Shown: positions 34,835 through 50,339 of the stretch, piece after piece | Layout: each line of letters opens with the position of its first letter | Position numbering within the stretch: the first letter of the stretch is position 1 | NCBI GenBank assembly: GCA_013239625.1 | Contig: MU053881.1 | Location: 14,374,373-14,438,372 of the forward strand | Source: Lama guanicoe | Taxonomy: Eukaryota | DNA length: 64,000 nucleotides | Direction of reading: 5' to 3' | The notes under the pieces: model-generated | Seen by the model: only the letters and a program-made list of their open reading frames with translations | What the model was told of the DNA's origin: nothing | The model's database searches: none | Translations under genes and position numbers: made by a program

Positions 34835-37440
34835 GCTTAGGAGCCTTCCAAGGGGCATGGGCTTGGGGGCTTAAGAAAGGAAGAGCTGGCACTGAGGATC
34901 AGAAGACGTTCCTCACTCCAGAATCAGGGGTTGGAGTAGCTGGGCAGGGCCTGTGGCCTGATGCCAGCTTCACCTAGGCAAGACCCCTTCCAGTTGGGGA
35001 ACAGCCACCTGCCCCCAGCTCAGCACATACTAGAGTGTAATAATGATGATGATGATGATAAAAAAAAAAAAAAAGACCAGGCCCAGAACTGCTGGAAAAA
35101 CATGCAACTCAGAGAAACAAAATGGCTTGCCCAGAGTCACGCAGCAAGTTGGCAAATTGAGACTTCCACCCCTGGTGTTGGTCTCCAGAGCCATGGATGG
35201 GGTGTGAGCAAAGCAGAGGCAGTCCTACAGGTGGCAGAGGTTTGTTGGGATGAAACTTGAGGTTCCTTTTTTCAATTCTGTGAGCAGGAGACCACAACCT
35301 TGGCCAATTTTGTGGTGTGACCAGGCCGGGCAGAGGCGGGGTGGAGGTGGGAAGTGAGGGCTGCTGTAGGATGGGGAGTCAGGGAGGGCTTCCTGGAGGA
35401 GCTGTCCTAGAGCACTGTGGGAGGTAATCCAGGTGGCAAGAACAGTGAAAGTCAAGGCCCTATGGTACAAATGGACTCAGCAGGTTCAAGGGACAAAAGA
35501 GAGGCTGGTGTTGCTAGAGCAGAGTGAGCAAGGCTGAGAAATTTGGTCAGAAAGACACTTCTGGGTCCCACATCAATGTGGGAGATGGAGGCTTAGGCCA
35601 AGGTGACATACCTTGTCACCCCAGCGAGCAGAGCCAGATTCATCCCCCTGCTTGTCTGCAGCTGATGTTGCAGGAGGTTGAAGGACCAGGTGAGGAAAAG
35701 GAGCTCATGGTGGGGCTAGACGAAGAGCGCTTCCAGGGCAGGCCAGCCCAGCTCTGGGAATGACATCGAAGGTGCTTTGGGAATGTGGCTCATTCCTCCA
35801 TCTTCATCTTGTGACAGCTCTAGCTGCTGCCCCCACAGGAGGGCTGGGAGAGGATCGTCCCTTCCTCCTGCTCTTCCACTGTTCCAAAGCTTTGTTGGCC
35901 TCTGGCCTCCACTTGGAACATTATCTTCCTGCCTTACCGGTCACTGGAGTGAAAACTGTAACTCCACAGGCAGCGGAAGGGCCAGGCTTAGGAGCCTAGG
36001 GTGTGGGGGCAGCAGCTGCTCGGGGCGGGGAGCAGGACAGGCAGCGCTGTTGCAGGACTGGGGAGCAGTGCTCAATTTGTGAGGGTGCCTCTTGTTTCTC
36101 CCATCCTCAGTCCCTGGAGGAGAGGAGCTGTGAGGCCCCATGATCTGCCCACCAGCCCTGAGGGCTGAGGTGACTGGGTTTCAAACACAACTGGGCCTAA
36201 TGCTGGCAAAATGTTCCAGGAGGGGGCTCTTTTGGAGGTGAAGCTCTGATTGAGGCCTGGCTGCCTGTGTGTGACACTTGCTGCTTTCTCAGTTCCACCT
36301 GCTTCTCTCCACCCTCATGCCTCTGCCCACCAGCCCTCCATCATTGCTCACCCGGCTGCCTACTGCAGTCTCACACCCCCGAAACTCAACATGAGTTGTG
36401 AGGGCTTTGAAAACTTGAACACCAGATTTCACCACCCCCAGCCCAAACCTTCTCATAGATCCTCAGCATTCAGAGAATATTCCTCACTGTACCTGCCTGC
36501 TCCCCATTATGTCTCCAACCTCAGCCTCCTCTCCCCGTGTTCCTCTCCTACCCACGACACAGCACCTCATCGCTCCTTAGTTGGCGTTTGAGCCCCCCCT
36601 GCCCCCCCAACCCTAGGTGAAGAGTCACAGCTCCAGCTTCTAGAATATTTTCTTCCCCCTGCCTAGGATGTGCTGGGTCTCAAGGCCGAGTCTGGACATT
36701 AGCCAGTCACTGCACAGTATCTGCCTTGAGAAGAGGGGCTGAGTGGACAGTGGGCAGGTGGCCACAGCAGGGGTTGTTGGATGTATCTAATTTACTGTGA
36801 GGTCTACAGCCCTGCTTTGGGTCCCATGTCACATGGGTTTAGAGGACACAGGAGGACTCAGGACAAGGTGGAAGACACAACCACAGCCACTAGTTCCGGG
36901 TCCCAAATTCATCCACCTGCTCGCATGTGCTCCACGTATTTAAATATCACCCTAGCTCAGCCAGTGGCTTCACTCCCCAGGCCTGTTCTCTTCTCTGGAC
37001 AAGAGATTAGTAGCAGTGGACTACCAAGGAGGGCGTGAGAATTTGAAGAGCTAAAAGAGCTGAGCTCTTTCCAGATGGAGGACCAGGGGCACAGGCTCCA
37101 GGGTCCCTGGAAGAGATGGAAAGGGGATGTGGGCCCTGGTTGGGCGGTGGGGTGATGGGGGAGCGGCCAGTGTTGCAATGGGGGAGCGGCCAGTGTTGCT
37201 GATGATTTATTCATGAGGGGCGGGCCTGCTGCAGATGCCGTCTCCCTGGAAACGCTGCTTCAGAGGTGCTGGCAGGAGCAGGATTAGTCTCTCCAGCAAA
37301 AGGCAGGATGGGCCTGGGATTCTCCCCGACCCCCCATCCTAGCCATGCCTCTGCCTCTGATCTACTACCTCTGGCCCCCCAGGCCCTCCAAGGCCCACTT
37401 CCAGTCATGTTCCTGCCTCCCGTCCCCCTCCCCGGCTGAC

Positions 37441-37499
37441 CTGAGGAAACGCCGCTCCTCTGAGGCCTCCGCTAGGTCTGGACCAGCTGCGCTGCTCAT
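37441..37499 (-). CDS. YJEFN3: YJEFN3 exon 1 coding part
   Basis: ATG 37499; MSSAAGPDLAEASEERRFL; donor gtcagc; 59 bp; CDS total 750 nt = 249 aa. Confidence 0.92.
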
Positions 37500-37529
37500 G
37501 GCGGAGGTGATCTGATGCGCAGTGGGGCC

Positions 37530-37645
37530 ACAGTCTTTTAAGTGCACCCCTGGGCAGAGGGCGCCTACCCTCTCCTCCCGCCCACCCTGCGTGCCCACCA
37601 ATCAGGAGACGCCGCGAAGGCGCTGCGCGCAGCCATTGGTTGTAA
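37530..37645 (-). promoter_or_regulatory. YJEFN3: YJEFN3 proximal promoter
   Basis: TTAAAA near 37536-37541, GC box CCCGCCCACCC, CCAAT boxes at 37598 (+) and 37635 (-), palindrome CTGCGCGCAG at 37623-37632. Confidence 0.55.
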
Positions 37646-38046
37646 AGTGCAAGAGGACTTAACCCTTTTGTGCCAGGAATGTAATTACCCTCTGGGACAG
37701 CGGGAATCCCAGAGTTGCGGATACTGGAAGGGAAACAAAGTCCAGAGGGGCAGCGATGGGCTGGTTACCCTTGCTATGGGATCCTGGCCTGGGAGCAAGG
37801 GGACCTGCCTCTTCTGCTCCCCTTGGCCCCCTACCCACAGGGTACCCTAGTGGAGAAGCCCCCCACCCTCTGCCAAAGGGGTGGAAGTAAAAGTACAAGC
37901 ATATTTGGTAGATGAAGCTGGAGGGTGATCCAGGGACCATCCCACTGGCAGCTTCTGCCTTGTCCCCACACCTCCAGTGACACCCCCTGGCTGCCCCTCC
38001 CAAATCACTCAGTCCCTGGGACACAGGCAGAGCAGTCTCCAGAGCA

Positions 38047-38052
38047 TTTATT
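38047..38052 (-). terminator. NDUFA13: NDUFA13 polyadenylation signal AATAAA
   Basis: TTTATT on + strand 50 bp past the stop. Confidence 0.85.
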
Positions 38053-38101
38053 CTCTCCCAGTGGGGAGGTGGAGGTCCAGTGGTCTGACAGGAGCAGGCC
38101 C

Positions 38102-38221
38102 CTATGTGTACCATATGAAGCCATAGGTGGCGTTGAGTATCTCCTCCCTTGGGCGTAACCCGTAGAGCTCGCCCATTATGGGGGTCACCCAGCGCGTTGT
38201 ATGGAACACGGACTCGCCCAC
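38102..38221 (-). CDS. NDUFA13: NDUFA13 exon 5
   Basis: [39 protein letters not shown]; 120 bp. Confidence 0.96.
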   Translation of the reverse strand: MGESVFHTTRWVTPIMGELYGLRPREEILNATYGFIWYT

Positions 38222-38368
38222 CTGTGGAGAGAGTAGGGAACGGGTAGGGGTGCAGCTAACCCCTTAGGCCCATGCAGCCTGCTGGAACCCCACCAGGCCT
38301 GGTGGCCACAGTGCCCACACCCAAAACTGTTGCCTTCCCTTCTCACACCTGGCACCCACTAGCCCTCA

Positions 38369-38674
<306 letters not shown>

Positions 38675-38906
38675 TTATTGCCGTCCTGCCCCAGCCCCAA
38701 TGCCCCTCCCCTAGAAGCCTTTCCATTCTCCCTTTCGGGTCTCTGCTGCAAGTCAAGTTTAGGGTCCTCTCCCAGGATGACAACGGCCCTTGAAGCCGTG
38801 TGCAAGGACACAGCTGCCAGTCCCCATGTGCATTCTGGCCTTGTCTCACGCTGCAGGCTGAAGCACTCAAGCCTGTGACCTCCTGAACCTGGTCCCAGTG
38901 GCCCAC

Positions 38907-38978
38907 CTCCGGTCCTTCTCTGCCTGCAACAGAGGCATCAGCGCGATGCGGGCCTCGAGGTCCTCGATCTGCAGGCGC
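38907..38978 (-). CDS. NDUFA13: NDUFA13 exon 3
   Basis: RLQIEDLEARIALMPLLQAEKDR; 72 bp. Confidence 0.96.
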
Positions 38979-40196
38979 CTGTGAAACCCCAAAACCAACA
39001 CTCTGATCAGATCAAGGTGGGATGTGGTGGATGGAGATGATGTGGTCGTTGGACACATGTCACTCTGGGAAGGGGTTTGGGGAAGAGGCAAGCAAGTGGG
39101 AAGGGCTTAGGTGGTGGGCTCTGCCCACCAGGAGCCCAAGATTGGGGGGAGGGTAACACGCAGCTGGCACAGACGTTGTCAGTCCACAAGACTGCTGGCT
39201 TCACATTTTCTTTTCAGTTAAAAACTCTTTTTTTAATTTTAAAAATAGCCCAGGCTTGATGATTGCAGTGAACCAGGAGGGGACGTTCATCATGGGGCTC
39301 TGGGCCTTACAAAACCACATCCCTTTCATCTCAAAATAACCATGGGGTGTGAGTAACACAGGCAGCTCCTTTCTCTCCTTGCTTTTTGGCATCTTCCAAG
39401 TCACCAGCCCTGTCTGAGCCAGGGGGAGTGGGGAGAACAGTGCTCACTGATATGGCCCAGGGAGTGGCCTCTGGCCCTGTCCCCTCATCACCAGGAATCT
39501 CACGGCAGCCCAAGGAAGGGACTAGGTAAACTTCAGTGCCCCCTACCTCCTCCCCATCCCCCAGGGTAGCAGCTCCCTCCAGGCCGCTGCCCCCACCACA
39601 GCCCTAGTGTCCAGCACCTAACAGGTGCTCCTGAGTTCACTCAGCAATGCTGAATGCCCTCCATGTGCTGGGCCTCCCCCAGCATTGCCCTCCTGAGGGG
39701 AAGCAAGCCCACAGTGGGTGCTAAGGACACACAACACAGAGTGGGACAGGGTGGAGGGGGGCAGGCAGTCAGGAGCCAAGGAGAAGGAGCCACCTAGCAG
39801 GGCACTGGGCAAGCTTGGAGGCGGCCAGAGTCTGAGCCAAGGCCACTATAGGCCTGGGTCCCTCAGGCCCTGTTGGGCTGGCACGGCCAATGGCTTGCGT
39901 GAACTGATTTTTAAGCCCTTGTATCGTCACTGGTCACCACTGACAAGAACTCGCTAGGAGAGTGAATCCTGGGCCTCTACTTCTGCCCGAGGGACTGCCC
40001 TAACCGAGACCCTTGGGCCCCCAGCAGTGGAGGTCAAGGGGCACCTAGTGAACATCTGGTGGCCAGTCATTCCCTGGGGATACAGCCCGGAAACGGACTT
40101 GCTGGGTCATGGCCTGTACTCCCTGAGGAGTGCACCCCGAGATACACTAAGTCCATGGGCACATGTCCCCACGCTCCTCAGCAGGGCAGAGCTTAC

Positions 40197-40275
40197 CTGC
40201 GTTCGCGGTTCCACCTCGTCATGTTCCAGTACCCGAAGAGCAAGGCCCCAACGCCCACGGCGAACATGCTGTAGC
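40197..40275 (-). CDS. NDUFA13: NDUFA13 exon 2 (transmembrane helix)
   Basis: YSMFAVGVGALLFGYWNMTRWNRER; 79 bp. Confidence 0.95.
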
Positions 40276-41858
40276 CTGTGGGGAAAGGGGACGCCGGCTC
40301 AGCCCCTGCACGTGGGATATGCCACTTTGCTGTTTCCTCTTGTGAGGCATAATCCAGTCACAGTGCAAACGCTCCAGAGACACAAATGAGGGAGAAGGTG
40401 GAAGCCCCCACGACCCCCTCCCAGAGATGGCCCGTGCCGTCTCTAGTGCGTGTTTCTTCAGACTACTTTTTCTGTCTCTGTGGACCCCGGCCCCTCTCCC
40501 GGACACCCCCTTCCTCCACAGCTTGAGACCACTCTTCATCCCATTCTCCGGCTCTGCAACACCTCTGCCCTGACACCAGGTTCATGCAAGGTATGGGCCA
40601 GGCAGGGACTGCAGGGGGGCCTGATGGTCTAATGTTTATGGTTGGGTGGCCCAGGCCCCAGCATCTACTAGAAGGCTGTTTGGTTCCCAGTCAGCCTGCC
40701 GGTTCAAGGGGAAGGATGGTGTCCACACTTGGTCCCAGCTCCATGGTGGTCCCGGCTGCCTGGGCCACCTGTGTGTGCTGTCCACAGGGGGCTGGATGGG
40801 GCTGCTGGAGGCAGGAAGTGCCCTGCAGGAGCCGCCCAGCCACCCCCTGGGCTCCCAGGGTGCTGCTGCTTCCCGGCCCAGCAGGTTGAACCTCCTTCCC
40901 AGGGCTCCAGGAGACAGAGACTAAAATGAATATTTACTGAGCACCCGAGGGGAACCTGTGCTGTAATTCTGACTGACAGGCTGTAGGCCTGCTGGGGTCT
41001 TCAAGGAGGTCTGGATGCCGGGGCCTGGCTGGGACTGGCTTGTCCCACACCCCCTCATCTCTCCAGCCTCAGTCTCTTCTCTGCACAGACCTCCTGGTTG
41101 CTGGGATGAACTGACAAGTTCAGCCAGGCCGAGCTCCAGTAACACCCAGTAAAGGACCAGCAAGCGGTGGATAAAGCCACTCCCTGGGCCTCATGGGGGT
41201 ACAAAGTGGGGGCTCTTTCTTCTTCAGCTTGGCTCAGGCAGGAGTCTCATCTGGCACCTCTGCTGGACCCGGAGATAACTGAGAAACTGGTTCAATTTTT
41301 TTTTTAACCCTTTTAGTTCAATCTGTTAAAAGCATGAGCTCCGGGTAAGATACTTCCACATGATGGGGGCTATGGCAGCGAGCACACCCTGGTTCCTGTG
41401 CTCAGAGGCAGAACCTCCTGAGAGGCCTACGTGCCCAGGACCCGCTCCCAGTGTACCCAGGGCTCTAAGATGATGGCTGACCACCTGTGCTGGGCACCCA
41501 ATGTTCTCTTCCTTGGGTGGGAGAGCTTCATCAGAGCTGCCTCACTCTTTTCAACAGCTGCACAGAGGCCCAGGGGCTTCCTCTTCTGATCCAGCCCCAG
41601 GGAATAGACCTGGACTGTCCTTGTGAAGGCCCCTGCCCTCAACATCTGGCACCCACATGTGGGCTCATCTCTAAGAGACATTCCAAGGCTGAGGTAAGGC
41701 AGCCTTTATGATGATGCAGCTCCAACTCGTCTCTTCCTCGCTAATGGCGGTGAGGCTGAGGCCCAAGGCTCTCAGAGGGTGTCTGTGCTTCCAGAGCTGC
41801 CAGTCTGCAGAGAGAGGCCAACGAGGGGCATGCCCAGAAGGGGGCGTGGGCCATGCGT

Positions 41859-43533
41859 GAAGAAGACCTAAATAAGCAGAAACTCATTTTGTGTTCATGG
41901 ACTGGGACTTAACATGGTTCAGACAGCAGCACTCTCCAAACTGAGGTATAGGCTCAAGGCAGTCCCCATTAGAATCCCAACCTCCCCTCCCAAGTCCTGC
42001 AGAAACTGACTGGCAGGTGGTCAAATTTATATGGAAATGCAAGGGACCAGATTAGCCAAAATCATTCTGAAAAAGAAGAACAAAGTTGGAGGACTTGGAC
42101 TTTACAATTTCAAAACTTATCACGCAGCTGTGTGTACAAGACACTGTGGCATTGGCGTAAGGATAGACATGTACAGCGATGCAACAGAGCTGAGAGTCCA
42201 GAAATAAACCCTCAAATTTATGGTCAATTGATTCTGGACAAGGGTGCCAAGACAATTCAATGGGGAAAGAATAGTCTTTTCAGCAAATTAGACAACTGGA
42301 ATAGCCACATGCAAAAGAACAAAGTGTGCTCCTTCTTCCTCCCCCTCAAAATTAACTCATAATGGTTCAAAGACCTCAATGTAAGAGCAAAAACTATAAA
42401 ACTCTTAGAAAACAGAGAAGTGAGTCTCTATGACCTTGGATAAGACAAAGGTTTCTTAGATTTGACACCAGAAACACAAGTGACAAAAGAAAAAAACAGA
42501 TGAACTGGACTTCAGTGAAATTTAAAACTTTTGTGCTGCAAATGATACCATCAAGCTGAAAAGACAATCCACAGGATGGGAGAAAGTATTTGCAAATCAC
42601 AGATCTGATAAGGGAACAGCATCCAAAATATATAAAGAACTCTTAAAACTCAATAATAAAAAGATGAGCAACTGAATTACAAAAACATGTAAAGGGTCTG
42701 AATAGATATTTTTCCCAGGAAGCTATAGAAATGGCCAATAAGCACATGAAAAGATGCTCCACATCATTAGTCACCAGGGAAATGCAAATCAAAACCAGAA
42801 TAGACACCACCTCACACCTACTAGGATGGCTAAAATTTTCAAAAACAGAAAATAATTTTTAAAAATAAAATAATTAGTGTTGTCCACATGCAGAAATGNN
42901 NNNNNNNNNNNNNNNNNNNNNNNNNNNNNNNNNNNNNNNNNNNNNNNNNNNNNNNNNNNNNNNNNNNNNNNNNNNNNNNNNNNNNNNNNNNNNNNNNNNN
43001 NNNNNNNNNNNNNNNNNNNNNNNNNNNNNNNNAAACACGTTCACAAAGAAACCTGAATACAGGCATATTCACAGCAGCACTGGTCCTAACAGCCAAAAGG
43101 TGGACACAATTCAAATGCCCATCAAGTGGTAAATGGATACACAAAATGTGGTCCATCCATACAATATGATTCAGCCATAAAAAAGAATGAAGCACTGAAA
43201 CATACCACAACATAAACATTAAAAATAAAAACATCATGCTAAGCGAGAAAAGCCAGACCCACAGAGGACACAGTGAATGATCCCATTTATACGAAATGTC
43301 CAGAAGAGGCCAATCCATAGAGACAGAAAGCAGATGAGTGGCTGTCAGGGGTGGGGGAAAAGAATGTGGAGGGGCTCCTAATGGGGCCTGGATTTCTTTT
43401 TGGGGTGATGAAAATGTAAATTTGGATCATGGTGATGGCACAACTGTGAACATACTACCCATCAGTGATCTGTACACATGAAATGGGTGAATTACATGGT
43501 ATGGTAGGTGAATCTCAATAAAAATGTTAAAAA
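41859..43533 (+). mobile_element. Old L1 (L1M-type) ORF2 C-terminal region and 3'UTR, antisense in NDUFA13 intron 1
   Basis: Degraded ORF2 peptides (ESPEINPQIYGQLILDKGAKTIQWGKNSLF; FTAAL..AKRW..CPS..WIHKMWSIHT); ends TCTCAATAAAAATGTTAAAAA. Confidence 0.9.
42899..43032. other. Assembly gap (134 N)
   Basis: Run of N. Confidence 1.
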
Positions 43534-44524
43534 TACAAGAAGAAAAGAAAGGGCCACTCTCTGGGTGTAGGAGTGAATAGAGCTGGGTGTGAGAGATGAA
43601 GGGAAAGGTAGGGGTAGCAGATACTTCGGGGGCAGCACGGATAAAAGGTGGCCTGAGTCAGCCTGGCATGTTCTGGGATGCTGGCGGTGAGTGGTCCAGG
43701 CAGAATAGGGGAGTGGGTGTCAGGCCTGGGGCAAGCCTAACAAGAGCAAGACTGATTGAGAGGGGGCAGCCATGGACAAAGCTTTTGTGGCTGTATCTCT
43801 AAAGAGGCAAGGCTAGAGGGCCTGCAGGACAGAGGATGAGGGTAGGGTGTAGGAGAGAACACAGGGCCTCTGCATGTGCTGCTCCTCCTGCCTGGGGAAG
43901 TCCTTCTCAGAGAGGTCCTTCTGCCCACTCAGGCTAAGGCAGGCCCTGGTTACCCCAGGCCTCACCACTAGCCACAACAGGAAATTATGGAGTGACATGT
44001 CTATCTCCTCAGCTGGACCATAAGCCCCCCAGGACAGAGCCCAGCACCAAGTCAACAATAATTACTAAATGCAGGTACATAAACAAAGACTACACATCAG
44101 AAGAGGTTATCTTCCTCACTCTTCTGAGGCCAGGAAAGACTGGGGTGAGTCTGTATGTGCTATAATGACAGTTAGTGAAAAGGGCTGTGATTAGGAGACC
44201 CAACCCCAGGCAGTGGCATTTAGGGCACACTGGAGGCACTGCTGTGTCATGAACTGGAGGAGGAGCAGGATAAAGGCCACATTTGTGACTTAAAAGAGAT
44301 GCTAACTGTGGGGAGCCAGGGAGGCCCAGGGGCTGGAATCCTTCTGCAGCCTGTTCTGGATACACGTCACATAAGTATACATTCATAAACAGACCTCATG
44401 CCACACACAAGTGTACAAGAGGAGTGCCCTGGCCTGGGTGTAGCTACATTTCGAGAAAAGAAATGGAGACTCAGATCACATTATATTCGTCGACTCCGCT
44501 CTAGGATGAGTCAAGTGCCCATGT

Positions 44525-44690
44525 GGTGCCAAATCTAGTCTGTAACCTGTTTTTGTATGGTCCTCCAGCTAAGAACACTTTTAGGTTTCTGAAGTCTTAA
44601 AAAAGCAGCATCAGTGGATAAAAACCACCTGGCAAGCAAAGCATAAAATATTTATCTGGCTCTTTACAGAAAAAGTTTGCCAACCTTTGT
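44525..44690. mobile_element. MER58-like hAT-Charlie fragment
   Basis: GCCAAATCT..CCTGTTTTTGTATGG..AAAATATTTATCTGGCTCTTTACAGAAAAAGTTTGCCAACC. Confidence 0.6.
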
Positions 44691-45417
44691 TCTGCTTTAC
44701 AAGAAAGCCAAGCAGGGGCAGGAGAGGATTTTGAGTTTTCACCTCACGTTAACTTTTCTACTGTCTGAATTACAACTTTTTTTAAACCATGCCCACGATT
44801 TTTTTTTTTGCTTTTTAACTGAGGCATAATTTGCATAACATGTACACATTTTGAATGAAAAATTCGATGAGTTAGAGCAAAGTATTCATAAGTTGTTTCA
44901 CATTATTTTTTGTATTTCCCTGTTAACCCTGGGTGCAGAGTATGGGCGCCTTTTACTTTCTCTCGTACATTTTTTTGTGTTAAAATTGCTTAAAACGTTA
45001 CTTAGAACATTCGAAATTTTGAAGAATATATATTCCTTGGACATCCTGTAGGTGGGGGCCACCAGCAAGGAACCACTGTACAGAACATCTTTTAAATTCC
45101 CTCAGTGTTCCGGGTTTCGGCCCCAGCTTTGCTCTCGGTGGCCCTGGGAGAAAGTCGCATCCTCTCTTCAGCCTTAGTTTACCGACCTGTGAAATGGCAG
45201 CGTGGCGGAAGACTTGGGGTGCGGGCTAAATCAATCTCCATATAAGTTAATTGTAAAATGAGAATTAACGGGACCGACCTCCTGGGCTGTAACAACTAGT
45301 AAGCAAGAGGCTTACTAAACGCTTGACAAACTGCAGCAGTTGTCATAACTACTGAAGCTCTCCGGGTCCCCGGGGCTCCTCCTTCCGTCATATCTCAGGG
45401 GAAACTGAGGTACACTA

Positions 45418-47236
<1,819 letters not shown>

Positions 47237-47668
47237 AAGCCGGGGTTCCCACTATTCCCGCCGCCACGAGCACTGCGCAAGCGCAGCGCACGCGCGAGCA
47301 GCGCGTTTCTGGAGTGCCGCGAAGCCGCCGCGAACCGCTGCTCACGCGCCCTTCCCCCTTCCCCACTCCCAAGACGCCAGGCGCAGCAGTCGCGTGGCTT
47401 TGGAATCTAGCTCCTCCTCCAAGATCCCGAGAGCAGGAGGGCGCATGCGCTTCCTCGATTCCCCCGCGAGAAGACCCCGGGAGGGGGCGGGACGAGAGAA
47501 GATGGAAGTATTGCGCCTGCGCGGAATGAGCGGCGGCTACGCGGCGGGCAGTGGCTCCACTCAGAAGCTGCTAGCGAGCGGACGCGGGCAAGGGGCGTCT
47601 TTCCCCGGCCAGCTGCGCATGCCGGTGAGGGAAGGCGTGCTCGGGACGCTGCTCCCCTTGGAACCTGC

Positions 47669-47674
47669 AATAAA
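47669..47674 (+). terminator. TSSK6: TSSK6 polyadenylation signal AATAAA
   Basis: First AATAAA after the stop codon. Confidence 0.8.
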
Positions 47675-48194
47675 CGCGCTCTTTCTCGCACCTGGTTCTA
47701 GCGATGGCCCCCTTTAACGAAGTGCGGGGGCGGGGGACATCGCTTCCGGGGTAGGGGCAGGAGCCCCATTTTAGAGAAAGGCTTGTGGAGGTTCTTGTTC
47801 CAGCTGTGAAAAGGGAGTTGGGAGGTTTCGAACCCGAACCTTGCAGGCTCCCCACCCTGGCGGGCTTTGGAGTCGTCCCTGGGCGTTGTGATGGTCCTGG
47901 GAATGTGGGTGCTGGACTAAGGGAGAGAAGACCCCAGCACCCTTCTAGTGTTTAAGGGTGGACCGATGAGGGGCGGAGACCGTCTGCCTCGACAGAAACT
48001 GAGCTTTTGCAAGAGAGGAAATTGAGGCCCTCATAGGTATCACTTGCTCAAGAACAGCTGGGATTTGCACCCAGAGATGTCTGAAGTGAGTTGGGGAGGT
48101 GGTGGAAGCTCTCCTTAGTGAGGGTCCCTTCTTTGGTGAGGGTAAGTATCTGGTGGGGAGAGTCGAGGGTGGGGCATGAATATGCCGGGTTCAT

Positions 48195-48520
48195 TGTGTA
48201 CTCTGTTTATTAATGCATTTTTTGAGTGCCTTCTGTGTGCCAGGCTCTGGGACTCAGCAGAATGGCTTGAATCCATCCCTGCTTTCAGTGAGGAAGCAAG
48301 TCAAAAGTAAAGAATAGTGTAGAAATAAAATAATTGTAAGTTGTGCTAAATGCCAGGTGGGGGTGACCAAGGGGTGGACTGAAGCAACATTTGAGCTGAG
48401 CCCAGAAGGAATCAAACACTTGCAAACTGCAGAAAACAAGTGTTCCAAGTGTTCCCAAGGCAGAATGGAGCTGGTGTGTTTGAGGAACGCCAGGAAGCTC
48501 TGATGGCTGGAATGGAGAGG
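48195..48520 (+). mobile_element. L2-like fragment
   Basis: TTGAGTGCCTTCTGTGTGCCAGGCTCTGG..ATTTGAGCTGAG..GTGTTTGAGGAAC. Confidence 0.5.
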
Positions 48521-50339
48521 GAAAGGAGGTGCAAAGGGAAAGGTGTGTGTCTGGTGCCTGGAAAGGGACCCCACAGGGTCTGGGGGAGATTGGGGGGTTA
48601 TTGCCTGTGATAAGGTTACTGGGTTTGGTGACAATGGTTGTCATTTGGGGTGTATGGGAAATGCCACCATAAGCGCTTATCCTACCTGCCTCCACTTGAG
48701 CCCCACAGTCCCTGAAGAGGGTGGTGGGCAGCTTATGGGTCTGACCATGCCCCACCTCTGCTCACTCACCCTCCATGGCTCTCAGGTGCCAACTCTCCCC
48801 TCGCTCCCTTCAAAAAGGCTGTGACCCCAACCCCCTCATTTTGCAGAGGGAGAAACTGAGGCTAAGAGGGGAAATGCCTTGCTGCTATTTGGGCTGGTCC
48901 ATTTCGGAGCTGAGACAGAGAACCCAATCCTGGTTTAGAAGAGCACCTCTCCTGACCAGGGCCATGCCTCAGGCTTCCAACCTGGAGAATGGAAGCAGGA
49001 ACCCATCCTCAGGGTTGTTGGGAGGGGCTATAGCTCACTGGAGGACTGTGCCCTTAAGCTTTCTTGAGGCTCTGAACTACACTCAGAATAAAACCCACAT
49101 CCTTGCCTCTTGCCTCCAAGGTCCAGACACACTATTCTCCTTTGTCCTTGACCTGCCCTGCGTGGTCTCACCTCTGACCCTTTGTGTAGACTGCTCCCAT
49201 TTCCTGCCCTCTTCCCTTCTCTTCATTCAAGGCTTGGCCTAAAAGGTTACCTCCCCCCACTCCAACACCCTGTTCTTTCTTCCTGTGCCCTTGTCACAAG
49301 GTGCGATCCCAGTGCTGGAGTGTGACACATGCACTGATTAATCTGTGTAAGCAATGGGCCTGGGGATCCTCCCACCTTATGGCCACAGACTTAAGGCTCA
49401 GTTCAGAGGGGACAAGGTCTCAGGGACCAGGGCTTGTGTCCCATTTGTCTGCTGGAGAAGTTGCTTGAGACTCGCCTTTGGTCCATGGGGGAGCCTGTGC
49501 CTGATCCAGCAAAGACTCACTTGAGGGCTAACTGGAGCCCCAGAAGTGGGCTTCTCTCAGCCAGTCTCTTGGGGTGTGAGGCTCCAATCAGTGTCACAGG
49601 AGCAAGACAGGCTTGGGTTGAATTTCAGTCATGTCTTCTACCAGTTCTGTGCCTTGCCCAGGTGAGACCAAGCTGGCTGTGGCCACTGGCGAGAGCCCTC
49701 AGCTCCCAGGCCAGAGGCAGGGATGCCCTAATAACATGAAATAACAACAAAAAAAAGCACCTAGGAAAATGGGGTCACATTTTATGCACCTTGGAATTCG
49801 TCAGAGTGCTCACAGATCTCATTTTGTGAATAAAACTTGAAAGTGTGTCAACCTCTGAAAAATAAATCTTCACTAGGAATTGTTGATTTCAGAGCCAGCT
49901 GGGTAGCTCCCACCTTCTGTGCTTAGAATCTACATCTGCAACATCATGTCCTGCAGCAGACCCAGTGCCATGCCAAGCCTGAAAAGCACTCCAGAAAAGC
50001 CCACCCCTCTGGGACGGAGGCTGGTGATGGCCAGGAGCCAGCCTGAGGGGCAAAACCCACTGGATTGAAAATCCAGCCCACTCCCAATGCTGTGGGTAAA
50101 CAGGCCACAAAGCTCCAGGTTCTGGTGGAGATGGAGGCCCAGAGGCAAGTGTGAGAAAGACTCCATACCTGTGGGAAGTGAGGTCTGAAAGAAGCCCAAA
50201 AGCGGGTATCCTATCCTTTGCTTTCCTGTTAACAAAGGTACCTTGTCATACTTTCCCAAGTCTTCAAGCTGCCCCAAAGTGGGGACAAAAACAATGCAGG
50301 AAAACCAGGGCGGAGGGGACAAAAGAAAAACACAGCCAA

